64,000 nt of DNA from Phyllobates terribilis. Taxonomy: Eukaryota. The notes under the pieces are model-generated. The model worked only from the letters and a program-made list of their open reading frames with translations. It was not told where the DNA came from and searched no databases. Of this stretch, positions 25,991-37,820 are shown piece by piece; the stretch's first letter is position 1; each line of letters starts with the position of its first letter. The DNA is taken from positions 111,228,001 through 111,292,000 of the forward strand of contig NW_027362773.1 of NCBI RefSeq assembly GCF_046119375.1. Reading direction: 5' to 3'. A program made the position numbers and the translations under genes.

Positions 25991-26874
25991 GTATCCTTTA
26001 CATGATCTGCCGTATATTGTAAGTTTATCTAGTTTTGCTGGAACAGTAATAGTGTGTGATGGCAGAATCCTGACCCATCTACATCATTTGTTTTGCGTCA
26101 GCACAAAATGACTGTTCAAACCAAACACAGGCGCTCGGTGCACCCTTGACGTGGTGGCTGAATCGTTCAGTGCTCCCTTTCCATCAATCTACATCCTCCC
26201 CTGCCCCCTGTAAAGCCAGGGCCGTCAATCAAGAAAGAAGTGAGGAAATAAATACCTACTGAACTGCTCTACAGAGATAAGGGTGCGTCAAGCGCCTGTA
26301 TATATGGACCATGGTGCTGGCTGTGGGGATCCAGACCCAAATTTGATAGCCACAAATGGAGGCTGTTGAGTTGGGGCCTGGAGAGCATTACGGATGTGTG
26401 AATTCAGCCTAACCTTTTTTAAGGTTGTCTGTGTGTCTTTTCTGTTTCTTTTGTTTGTTTTTTTTACTTTATTGGTCATGGTCAGCTAACTTAATGCTTT
26501 GAAGGGCCGGGCTTTTACAGATGCTGCATTATCAAATTTATTTAGACTTTTTTTTTGAGTGGGGGAGTGACTTTTTTTATTTTATTCTTTTAATTACGTG
26601 TTTTAACATCTTGTACTATACATCTAGGGATATGTTGGGTTGAGGAAGGACACCTTGGTATCCATGTCGACAGGCCTTCACTTCCGTGGCGGTTCACTGC
26701 GGTCAATAGTGAAGAAGATATAGTTGGTAGAAGACTGCTGGTTCCAGTGATTGGCAGCAGTGGTTAAAGTTACAGATATTTCTATTTTGGCTCATTGTAT
26801 AAACGCTCTGCTAACATCGCTGTTCATTTCTGATCTCTATGTAAAGATGTAGTTCTCCTTGACTGTTACACTAG

Positions 26875-26939
26875 GTCCTTATATTGTATACATGCTGCGG
26901 GATTTGGATATCCTGGAGGACTGGACGGCTATCAAGAAG
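26875..26939 (+). CDS. BRMS1: BRMS1 coding exon 7
   Basis: [22 protein letters not shown]; phase-0 donor AAG|GTAACT. Confidence 0.95.
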
Positions 26940-27664
26940 GTAACTGATCCGGTCTGTAATCTATATGTGCAGGGAATGTTGCTGCACATAACACTCATCC
27001 ATGCAAATGTGATAACCCTTTGTATTAGATGACCGATCCTGGGAACATAATGAACACTTTTTTCCCCTTCTCCCATGACAGCACCACCTGAGAGAGGGTA
27101 TCCGCCCACCAAGGACAGGAACCTACTGAATAAAAAGGCGGTACCTCTCCTCCGCATCAGTTTTGGTTCCTGTCCCTGATGGGAGCCTCACCAGGTGGTA
27201 CCTCACGTACCTGGATTATGGACGGTGCGGCCTGGAGGCCGTGGAAGCAGCAGATGGTCCCTGTTTCCAGCCCGTCTGGCTGCTGCCCGGGTCTGCGGGT
27301 GGGGAGGAGGTGCTGTTTTTTTGGATTCCTCCCCGCGTGCGCCGGGGCCTGCGGCCGGGTCTGCGCCTCGCAAAGACTAACTGAGCGCGCCGGCCGGCAG
27401 GTCTTCCGGGCTGCGCACGTGGGGGTCGCGTCGCACCCTGTGACGGAGCGCGCCGGAAGTCCGGGCTGCGCACGCGCGGGGTGCTGACGCGCCCTATCAC
27501 GGAGTGCGCCGGAAACCGGGTCTGCGCATGCGCGGGTGGGAAGCTGTCATCCCGCTGCAAGCGCGCCGGGTGCCGCTGGGCTGCGCACGCGCAGAGGCAG
27601 GTGGATCTGCGGGTAGCGTGCCAGCTGGCTAAAAAAATTTAAAAAAAAAAAAAAGAGATTTGAG

Positions 27665-29378
27665 ATGAGCACGCTGCCGGAAGGGGAGGAGCCTAAAGGA
27701 GGTGGAGCCCTACTGCTTTTAAGGATGGGGAGCAATCAGGATGGCGGTGTCTGCATCCCCGCCATGATGGATGAGGAACCGCAGTCACCTGGGCAGCAGC
27801 TGTCACCGCCACAGGAAGTACAGCAGCAGCCACAGCCATCAAAGCAGCGCAAGCAGCTCAAACAAATGGAACGGGAATCTTCCCATCGACAAAGTCACAG
27901 CAGTGAGGGGCGTACGAGTTCCGGCAAGACTGGTCAGAAAAGACTTCGTCAGTCCACCTCCGCCAGATGGGAGCCCTCATGTGAACGGCAACCACCGCCT
28001 CCGGTACCCTAGTCTGAACGGCAGTGTGGTGAATGATCTTCGTGAAAGTCTCACCTTGAATAATGTGCTCTTCTCTCTCTCTCTCTTTTCCTCCTTCTTC
28101 TCCTTTTATTTCTTGGGGCAGGAGGCAAAGAAGTGTAGTGCTAAAAGTAAAAACAGGGAGTGTGCTTTATGCAAAATCGGTCTTCCCACCTTCTATGCCA
28201 AAAACCTATGCTCGGACTGTATTCAGAAAACCATTGCAGAGGAGTCCCCCAGGTTTTCTTTAGAATTAAAGGATCTAATCCAGACAGAGGTCAGAGAGTC
28301 TTTAAGAGGCTTAACCTCACTCAAAAAGAAGAAGCGAAAACTAGTTTCTTCAGAATCAGAGGAATCAGTGGAGTCCCGTTTTACGAGAGAACTGCCTTCC
28401 TCCTCTAATCACTCCTCATCGTCATCGGAGTCTTCGGATGATGATGGGGGGGGCAGACCTTGTTTTTCGGTTGATAATACTGAGAGAGTAGTTAAAGCCG
28501 TCAGAGGGACTATGGGTATTACCGATACCAAAGTGCCCAGAACAGTCCAGGATGTTCTGTTCGGGGGCTTAGACCAAAGGAGGAGACGCTCATTCCCGGT
28601 CAATGACAGGATTAAATCTCTGATAGAAAGGGAATGGAAGAAACCGGAGAGGAAGGGTCAGCTGCCGTCATCCTCCAAGCGGAGGTACCCCTTTGAGGAT
28701 GAGGATGCGGCTAAATGGGACAAAACCCCTAAGATTGACGTGGCCATTTCAAAATCTTTAAAAAAATCCACTCTGCCCTTTGAGGATTTAGGAGCCTTAA
28801 AAGACCCGCTGGATAAAAAAGCGGAGTCCTTCCTTAAGCAAACCTGGGAGTCGTCAGCAGGGGCCCTTAAACCGGCAGTAGCAGCGACCTGCACTGCTAG
28901 ATCTATGATGATCTGGCTTCAACAATTGGAAGACCAGATCAGGGGGAATGTGTCCAGGGAGAAAATTCTATCAGACCTTCCTCTTGTGCAGGGAGCGGCT
29001 GCATTCCTGGCAGATGCATCGGCAGATTCAGTTAGGCTGGCTGCCCGGTCTGCAAACCTCTCTAATGCAGCCCGTAGGGCGCTATGGCTCAAGAGCTGGC
29101 CAGGAGATGTGCAGTCAAAGTCTAAACTGTGCTCAATCCCTTGTGAGGGGGACTTCTTGTTCGGCAAAGGTCTAGATGACATCCTAGATAAAGCCGCAGA
29201 CAAAAAACATGGATTTCCCACGGTGTCTGGTTCCCGATTTAACAGTTCCTTTCGGAAGAGAAAATACAGCCGCAGTAAAGCTCCCAGAGACCAAGGTAGC
29301 TGGAAAGACCGAAAGCCGTATAGCAGAGGCTTCATGTTTGGGGGTCCCTCCTCCGAGAATAAGAAAGCCCCTAAGTGA
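27665..29378 (+). CDS. DIRS gag-like ORF1 (probably spliced 27665-28003 + 28122-29378)
   Basis: C-X2-C-X12-C-X2-C motif (CALC...CSDC) and DIRS ORF1-like segments (LKDPLDKK, AARRALWLKSWPGD, LFGKGLDDIL); the splicing is inferred. Confidence 0.75.
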
Positions 29379-31276
29379 CAGTCCCCCCCCCAGGTGGGGG
29401 GGAAGATTGTCCCACTTCCTGCCTGCCTGGAAGGAAATTTCATCCAATTCTTGGATCTTAGGGATAATCAGGAGGGGGCTCACATTAGAGTTCAAAAGCA
29501 GGCCCAAGAACACTGTCAAAATATCAGCCCCCAGAGGTTTAGCGGAACAGATAGCCTTACAGCAGGAAGTTCTCTCTCTGCTCATGAAAGAAGTTCTGGT
29601 GGAAACACCTGCACCCGAGCAAGGAAGAGGATTCTATTCGACCCTCTTCCTAATAAAGAAGCCAGACTGCTCCTTCAGGACCATTGCGAACTTAAAGAGA
29701 CTGAACGACCATTTAATCTACAGGCCTTTCAAGATGGAAACAATAAAATCGGCCATAAAGATGTTATTTCCGGACTGTTTTATGTGCGTCCTCGATCTGA
29801 AGGATGCCTACTACCACGTCCCGATTTTGCCAGATCATCAACAGTTTCTAAGAGTAGCTGTACAATTCGGCAGGCACGTAAGGCATTTTCAGTTCGCAGC
29901 TCTTCCCTTTGGCATTTCCATGGCGCCGAGAGTCTTCACAAAAATCATTCTGGATGTCACAGCGCACTTGAGGGAAAGAGATATTTTGGTCATCCCTTAT
30001 CTGGACGACTTCTTAGTAGTGGGCAGATCAAGTCAACTCTGTGCTCTAGCCCTGGCGGACGTCATGGCCAGTCTAAGACGCCTAGGTTGGCTGTTAAATC
30101 TGGAGAAGTCAAGGCTGGAACCAAAGAGGGTTCAGTCTTTCCTGGGTCTCATTCTGGACTCAGAAAACCAAATCTGTCTTCTGCCAGAGGAAAAGAAACT
30201 GAAGATCAGATCCCTAACATCTCAGGTTGTCAGCAATCCGACCATGACCCTGAGGAGTGCAATGTCTCTGTTGGGTACAATGACGTCTTGCATCCCGGCG
30301 GTTCAGTGGGCCCAGCACCATTCCAGATGTCTTCAACAGGAGATTCTGGCAGCGGACAGGCGGCTCAAAGGTCGCCTGAATGGGAAAATATCTCTTCCAG
30401 ATGTTGTGATCAACTCCCTGGACTGGTGGACATCTCCGGTCAACCTATCTTTGGGGGTTCCTTGGACCTTCCAGGTGTCGGATACAATTACAACAGACGC
30501 AAGTGCGGAAGGTTGGGGAGCTCACCTAAGGGATCGTTCTGTACAAGGCCTCTGGTCGGACAGCGAGACAAGTCTCTCTTCCAACATGAAAGAGCTGTTG
30601 GCAGCCAGAAACGCGCTAAAAGAATTCAGTTCTGTTCTTCAGGGTCCTCACGTCAGGATAATGTCAGACAACAGATCAACAGTCGCCTACATCAATCATC
30701 AGGGGGGTACCAGGTCTCTCCCTCTGATGTTAATAGCGGATCAGATCTTCAGGTTTGCCGAGAGTCGGCTGGTTACGCTCTCGGCACTGCATATAAAAGG
30801 GGAAGAAAACATAAAGGCCGATTTCTTGAGTCGTCACATCTTGAAACAAGGAGAGTGGGAGTTGAATCCAGCCGTTTTTCAGCAGATTGTGGATCGGTGG
30901 GGACAGCCCCAGATAGATCTGTTTGCAAACAGACACAATCGGAAGACCGAAACCTTTTGCTCCCTGAATCCAAAAGAGGGGGCGTTTGCGGTGGACGCAC
31001 TGCAGATTCAGTGGGATTTCACTCTAGCTTATGCCTTTTCCCCCTTTAGTACTGATCCCTACTATCCTGAGGAAGATCCGAGAGGAACGGGCGAGGGTTA
31101 TATTGATCGCCCCGTTCTGGCCCAAGAGACCATGGTTCACTTGGATGAAGAGAATGTCCCAAGCAGATCCATGGGTTCTTCCGGACATCCCGGATCTCCT
31201 CAGGCAGGGCCCAGTCTGTCATCCCCAAAGAGCGGGCCTGCATTTGACTGCTTGGATTTTGAGAGGTCGCTATTGA
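29209..31276 (+). pseudogene. DIRS pol (RT, RNase H, DNA methyltransferase-like), frameshifted at ~31036-31039
   Basis: LDLKDAYYHVPI, YLDDFLVVG, TTDASAEGWGAH, MSDN, DLFA; the methyltransferase-like tail FPPLVLIPTILRKIREERARVILIAPFWPKRPWF is in the +1 frame (ORF 31031..31276). Confidence 0.88.
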
Positions 31277-32295
31277 CGCAAAGGGGGTTTTCTCCGGATC
31301 TTGTTACTACCCTTCTAGCAAGTAGAAAGCAGATAACAACTAGAATCTATGGTAGAACCTGGGCTAAGTTCTTGTCTACCTCGGGTCAGTCTGCCAAAGG
31401 GAGGATTCCTATTGAGGCCATACTAGAATTTCTCCAGAAGGGGTTAAACATGGGACTAGCCACCAGTACTCTTAAGGTACAGGTATCGGCTCTGGGGGCA
31501 CTGTATAATTATGACTTGGCAGCAAATAGATGGATCATTAGATTTATTAAAGCCTGTCATAGATCCAGACCTATTCCTGTTCCAAGAATGCCTCCTTGGG
31601 ACCTTAATTTAGTTCTGGAAGCATTAACCAAACCTCCCTTCGAGCCCTTAGAGAAGGTTTCAGAAAAAATCTTAACTTTAAAGACTGCGCTATTGGTGGC
31701 CCTGACATCAGCTCGTAGAGTCAGTGACTTACACGCACTATCCGTTAACCATCCATTCACTCAAGTATGTATGGATAGAGTAATCTTAAGACCAGACCCG
31801 GCCTATCTTCCAAAGGTAGCCTCCAAGTTCCATAGGACGCAAGTAATCACTCTCCCTTCCTTCTATCCTAATCCTAGGGATTCTGAGGAACATAAGCTTC
31901 ACACCTTAGATGTTAAGAGGGTGTTAGTCCAGTATTTGGAAGTGACAAAAGCCTGGAGAAAGAGTGACGCTTTATTTATATCCTTTCAGGGGGCTAGGAA
32001 AGGACTTAAGGTTACAAGGGGGACCATAGCTAGATGGGTCAGGGATACTATTACCTTAGCCTACTCTTCTAGCAATCTGCCGGTTCCTGAGAACCTGAAG
32101 GCCCATTCCACCAGAGCGGTAGCTGCTTCCTGGGCTGAGAAGGCGGATGTGCCCATCGACATTATATGTAAGGCGGCAACTTGGTCATCCCCCGCTACAT
32201 TTTACAAACATTACCGTCTTGACCTTTCCTCTTCTACTGATCTGTCCTTTGGTAGAAGGGTGTTGCAAGCGGTGATCCCTCCCTCTGGTATTTGA
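29394..32295 (+). pseudogene. DIRS tyrosine recombinase ORF overlapping pol, split by the same frameshift
   Basis: N-terminal overlap part is ORF 29394..31049; catalytic part has TSARRVSDL, HTLDVKR, HSTRAVAAS and ATWSSPATFYKHY (R-H-R-W-Y). Confidence 0.88.
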
Positions 32296-33934
32296 TCTCT
32301 ATAAATCTCTCAGGTGGTGCTGTCATGGGAGAAGGGGAAAAGATCCTAGTTACTTACCGGTAACGGGATTTTACAGAGCCCATGACAGCACCCTATTAAT
32401 TCCCTCCCCTTTATCACTGTGGTGTGCACTTTTTTTAAGGTGTTTAGTACATATGTTGAGGTGGTGGTTATGTATTAACCTGTCTTCGGAGGCCCTCTCA
32501 TGCTCTGAAACAAAACTGATGCGGAGGAGAGGTACCGCCTTTTTATTCAGTAGGTTCCTGTCCTTGGTGGGCGGATACCCTCTCTCAGGTGGTGCTGTCA
32601 TGGGCTCTGTAAAATCCCGTTACCGGTAAGTAACTAGGATCTTTTTTTTTTTTTTTTTTTTTTTAAACTATACCCTCATGCGAGCATTATAGGGTGTATG
32701 TAAAAAAAAATCCTCATTTGAGTACAAAAAAAATGAAAAAAATCTCATCACTGTCCTGCCTCCTCTAAAGAATAGTCTCCAAAGTTCAAACTATTTAATA
32801 TCAAATTTAACCTATATGGAAAATGCTGTATAGGGCGGGAATGCCAAAACTGCTGTTTTTCAGTTGATGCCCCCAAAAAAGTAAAACAAAAAAAATAATA
32901 ACTTTTATCAAGTGATCTAAGTCTGTGAATGCTCAGTAATGGCCTGACATGTTTGCTATGACAGATGTCGTACCCTTCAGCTATTACTTTTTCAACATCA
33001 AGTCTGATATGGACAGGAGAGAAGCTGTGGGGTCACGGGACCCTGCGCTGGGATCCTGTCTAGTAGGATTTACTTGGCTGAGAAACCTGGAGAAATACAG
33101 GTCTGCCGGGAAGCGAAATGCAATTACAGTGCAGATTTTACTTCTTACCCACCCACCTAAAGAGATTGTCATCAGAAAATGAAAAAATTTTTTGTGTTGA
33201 ATGGATAGAAATATAGCCATTTTCACACCTGCTACTGGATGTGTTTTTTTTTTTTTTTTTTTTTTTTTAAATCTATCTTCCTGATGTTTCAGGAAATAAC
33301 ACATGTACATAGCCACAGTGGGCCGGACTCTGTCCTTTCTATTGAAGCATTTAATGAGCGTGTGCAAAGGTCATTGTGAAGGGAGGGGGTGCTGTGACAT
33401 TGCCTATTGTGATTGCTGTGTATAGAGGTGTCATTGTATTCCTGCCTTTGATAAGGCGCCTGCTGAAAACTCTTCCCGAACAGATGGGAAATATACGTTT
33501 ACAAAAAAAAAAAATCCCTGTGGCAAGTGTGAAAAAATACAGGATTGATCATTTTTGAAGGAGGCCCTACCGCCACTATTCTCTCCAGTATTTAAGTTAC
33601 TAAACCGCCGTAATGGGAGTTTCACAACCTCAGCGTTGTCCATAAAAACCCCTACCCGAACTTTATTCCAAAGTTTATTTTTTTTGTACCAGAACTTCAA
33701 CCAGAACCCGAACCCCATTGAAAACGGTGAGGACCCAAACTTTTGAGGCAGAAAACTTTTGCTCTGTCTCTTTCTTTCTCTTATCCCGGAACTTTGAACA
33801 TTGCAATGGAGGTCATAGACTTTCTTAACACCTCCATTTTTCTTCTTATGTGTTTTCCCATTATTATGCATGTAAAGGTCTGTTGTTTGGATTCACTTTG
33901 GTTTTTTTTGTTTTTTTTTTTGCTTCCTTCTCAG

Positions 33935-33974
33935 GCCAAAGCATCCGTTTCCCCACAAAAGCGAAAATCTGACG
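33935..33974 (+). CDS. BRMS1: BRMS1 coding exon 8
   Basis: AKASVSPQKRKSD (human ARAAVSPQKRKSD); long pyrimidine tract, donor G|GTAAGG. Confidence 0.93.
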
Positions 33975-34926
33975 GTAAGGAAACGTGTGACATGGTGCTA
34001 CTGACCTGAGCTCAGTCTTCATTTCTAAACATCGAGCGGAGTCCTTTTGATAGTTATGTCACAAATCTTTTAAGGGGAATCTGTCATCAGATATTTGCTC
34101 TGCCCATCTGAGTGCAGCATAATTTAGGGACAGAGACCTTGATTCCAGCGATGTGTCACTTACTGTGCTGCTTGCTGCAGTCTAGATAAAATCACTTGTT
34201 ATATCAGCAAGAGATTATCACTAGAGGACTAGATGTGATCTCTGTGCTCCCGGCACTGATTGGCAGCTTTTCTGCCTATGCACAGTGTACACACAAAGCT
34301 GGCAATCTGTGGTGTGGGTTGGGGTTATACAGGTCTCAGCATTCAGAGAACTGCTAGATCTGCAGCAATTTTTTTTTCCTTAATATAACGACACCTGAGA
34401 AATAGGTGAAAATAACATAAAATGTAAGGACAAACCTAAAGGTGAATTCCCAAGTTTTTGTGTTTCGGAAATTTCTACGATTGCTTCCTTGTATCTGTAT
34501 GGGGAGGTTTCTGACGAAAGGACTATTGCAAGAACTTTCCACAACAAATGTGCATTAACCCTGATAGTACCAAGGGTTTGTGAATGACTGATTATCTATG
34601 TGGGGGGTGGATATGGGCAGGACCCCAGTATATGCTCCCTTCCTATATGTATTGTGCTGACTGGCAGAGGAAGCCTTAGCAAACTCCTTGTGTTTGTGGC
34701 ACAGAAAGCCAATGTCTTTGAGAACTATAGTAGAACTTGACGATCTCATGCAACATTATGAAACATTGGTGACAAAATTTAAATGCCACCCATGTCTGTT
34801 GTGATGAGGCCGGTGAATTCCAGCATATTGGAGTAGAAGGAGATCCCTCTTTACTGCTTTAAACAGTTGTTACTTTAATATATTTTACTTTTATTAAAGG
34901 TTTGTTTGTTTTCTTGGTCATCTTAG

Positions 34927-35050
34927 GAATAAAAGGTGAAAAGCAGCATTTTAGTGCTCGTTGTGAAGACGGCTGCCTGTATTATGAAGGAGAAAGCTTT
35001 ACCAAGGGAGAAGCCATTATTCTTGACATGAAAGATGAACCACCTTCACA
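34927..35050 (+). CDS. BRMS1: BRMS1 coding exon 9 (BRMS1L-like C-terminal domain)
   Basis: GIKGEKQHFSARCEDGCLYYEGESFTKGEAIILDMKDEPPS, similar to recalled BRMS1L KHLHSARSEEGRLYYDGEW; splice phases fit the flanking exons. Confidence 0.88.
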
Positions 35051-35334
35051 GTAAGGAATTCTGTTTCTTTTCTTGAGGCAGTCACTTTTTTGCTTGGTTT
35101 GTTGTTAGGTTTCAATGTAAAACAAATATAAATTCTAAACAGTTTGAGAAACTAAAGGCTCCATAATGCACAATGCCTTTTCAAAGCTTTCGAATTGGCT
35201 TGTTAAAGGGAACCTGTCACGTCCTAGCTGCCCTCTAGACTGCCCCCATAGCGTTGTTAGTGATGCAGTGTGCATCACTAACAAGCTGTTTTCATGAAAA
35301 TTGGTGCAGCTATAATTTTATAACTTTTATTATA

Positions 35335-36894
35335 CACTGCTCAAAAAAATAAAGGGAACACTCAAATAACACATCCTAGATCTGAATGAATGAAATATTC
35401 TCATTGAATACTTCTGTACAAAGCTGAATGTGCTGACAACAAAATCACACAAAAATCATCAATGGAAATCAAATTTATTAACCAACGGAGGCCTGGATTT
35501 GGAGTCACCCCCAAAATTAAAGTGGGAAAAACACACTACAGGCGGATCCATCTTTGATGTAATGTCCTTAAAACAAATCAAAATGAGGTTCAGTATTGTG
35601 TGTGGCCTCCACGTGCCTGTATGACCTCCCTACAATGCCTGGGCATGCTCCTGATGAGGTTGCGGATGGTCTCCTGTGGGATCTCCTCCCAGACCTGGAC
35701 TTAAGCATCCGCCAACTCCTGGTCAGTCTGTGGTGCAACGTGACATTGTGGATGGAGCAAGACGTGATGTCCCAGATATGCTCAATCGGATTCAGGTCTG
35801 GGGAACGGGCGGACCAGTCCATAGCCTCAATGCCTTCATCTTGCAGGAACTGCTGACACTCCAGCCACATGAGGTCTGGCATTGTTCTGCATTAGGAGGA
35901 ACCCAGAGCCAACGGTACCAGCATATGGCTTCACAAGGGGTCTGAGGATGTCATCTCGGTACCTAATGGCAGTCAGGCTACCTCTGGCGAGCACATGGAG
36001 GGCTGTGCGCCCTTCAAAGAAATGCCACCCCACACCATTACTGACCCACTGCCAAACCGGTCATGCTGAAGGATGTTGCAGGCAGCAGATCGCTCTCCAC
36101 GGCGTCTCCAGACTCTGTCACATGTGCTCAGTGTGAACCTGCTTTCATCTGTGAAGAGCACAGGGCGCCAGTGGCGACTGTGCCAATCCTGGTGTTCTGT
36201 GGCAAATGCCAAGCGTCCTGCACGGTATTGGGCTGTGAGCACAACCCCCATCTGTGAACGTCGAGCCCTCATACCACCCTCATGGAGTCAGTTTCTAACT
36301 GTTTGTGCAGACACATGCACATTTGTGGCCTGCTGGAGGTCATTTTGCAGGGCTCTGGCAGTGCTGCTCCTGTTCCTCCTTGCACAAAGGTGGAGGTAGC
36401 GGTCCTGCTGCTGGGTTGTTGCCCTCCTACGGCCCCCTCCACGTCTCCTGGTGTACTGGCCTGTCTCCTGGTAGTGCCTCCAGCCTCTGGACACTACGCT
36501 GTCAGACACCGCAAACCTTCTTGCCACAGCTCACATTGATGTGCCATCCTGGATGAGCTGCACTACCTGAGCAACTTCTGTGGGTTGTAGAGTCCGTCTC
36601 ATGCTACCTTGAGTGTGAAAGCACAACCAACATTCAAAAGTGACCAAAACATCAGCCAGAAAGCATTGGTACTGAGATGTGGTCTGTGGTCCCCACCTGA
36701 AGAACCACTCCTTTATTGAGTGGGTCTTGATAATTGCCAATAATTTCCATCTATTGTCTATTACATTTGGACAACAGCATGTGAAATTGATTGTCAATCA
36801 GTGTTGCTTCCTAAGTGGACAGTTTGATTTCACAGAAGTTTGATTTACTTGGAGTTATATTCTGTTGTTTAAGTGTTCCCTTTATTTTTTTTTT
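35335..36894 (-). mobile_element. Decayed Tc1 element in the last BRMS1 intron (right tip lost in gap)
   Basis: TA|CACTGCTCAAAAAAATAAAGGGAACAC and AGTGTTCCCTTTATTTTTTT termini; frameshifted transposase pieces ([28 protein letters not shown]). Confidence 0.92.
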
Positions 36895-37026
36895 NNNNNN
36901 NNNNNNNNNNNNNNNNNNNNNNNNNNNNNNNNNNNNNNNNNNNNNNNNNNNNNNNNNNNNNNNNNNNNNNNNNNNNNNNNNNNNNNNNNNNNNNNNNNNN
37001 NNNNNNNNNNNNNNNNNNNNNNNNNN
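36895..37026. other. Assembly gap (N run)
   Basis: Run of N. Confidence 1.
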
Positions 37027-37050
37027 TTAGTTATTTTTTCTTTTAATTAC

Positions 37051-37092
<42 letters not shown>

Positions 37093-37378
37093 TAATTAAA
37101 AGAAAAACATATATATACACCCTTTTTATATATTTATTACATATTAATAGACATTTATTTAATATAGAAAGGGAAAAAAGTTTAGACACCTCCTGTTTTG
37201 TACAGCTGACTTTTCAGCAGTCACATTAGGTTATTACCTTTCATTCTAATATTAACTAAAGTAAAAAAAAAAAAAAAAACTTTACTATATAAAAAAGTAA
37301 AGTGTTCCTATGCCCCGGAGTGTGTTGTGGGTCTTTTGGTTTGCATTTCTCTTTTTGATGCGCTCCTCTTGTCTGCAG

Positions 37379-37502
37379 GGCGGTGATCACAGCAGTAAGC
37401 ACAGGAGAAGTCTGGCTGAGGCGAGGAGACAGCAGCAAAACAAAGATCTACGTTTCACAACTGCAGAAAGGCAAATACTCAGTGAGAAGGGCAGGGAAAT
37501 GA
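37379..37502 (+). CDS. BRMS1: BRMS1 coding exon 10 (last)
   Basis: [40 protein letters not shown], similar to recalled BRMS1[35 protein letters not shown]; the spliced CDS is 948 nt (315 aa + stop) with no internal stop. Confidence 0.92.
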
Positions 37503-37776
37503 GCGCGGCCTCACTCTGACTGCGGCGCGGCTGAAGAGCGATCCTCTACAACGTGGCGATCACCATAGAATGTAATGTGCAGAGTTAGAGCGCTGTGTTC
37601 ATGTTGGGAATTAATCTAGCATTGAGGTGTGTGGAGTGAATGGTGTGAATTGTGTGCTAATGGATTTATAGAGCTTCAACTAGGACACTCTGTGTGGCTG
37701 GACAGTGGTGAATGAACAGAAGTTTTCAGATATAGTATATAAATATTTTCCTATATACTTTTTTTTTTTTGCACAA

Positions 37777-37820
37777 AATAAATGTATTTTTTTATATCCA
37801 TTAATTTAGTAGACAATAAA
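37777..37820 (+). terminator. BRMS1: Candidate BRMS1 polyadenylation signals
   Basis: AATAAA at 37777 and 37815 followed by T-rich sequence. Confidence 0.45.

Larger units (their letters stand above)
27058..32645 (+). mobile_element. DIRS1-type tyrosine-recombinase retrotransposon, structurally complete, in a BRMS1 intron
   Basis: Left ITR 27058-27165; inverted right ITR 32511-32604 plus unique extension to ~32642; internal complementary region 32306-32392 matching both outer ends; gag, RT/RNase H/methyltransferase and YR coding regions. Confidence 0.95.

Noticed and set aside
29209-32295. 1028-aa ORF as a novel natural RT-recombinase polyprotein
   Set aside because: Explained by one extra base at 31036-31039 that crosses two standard overlapping DIRS frames; kept only as a frameshift finding.
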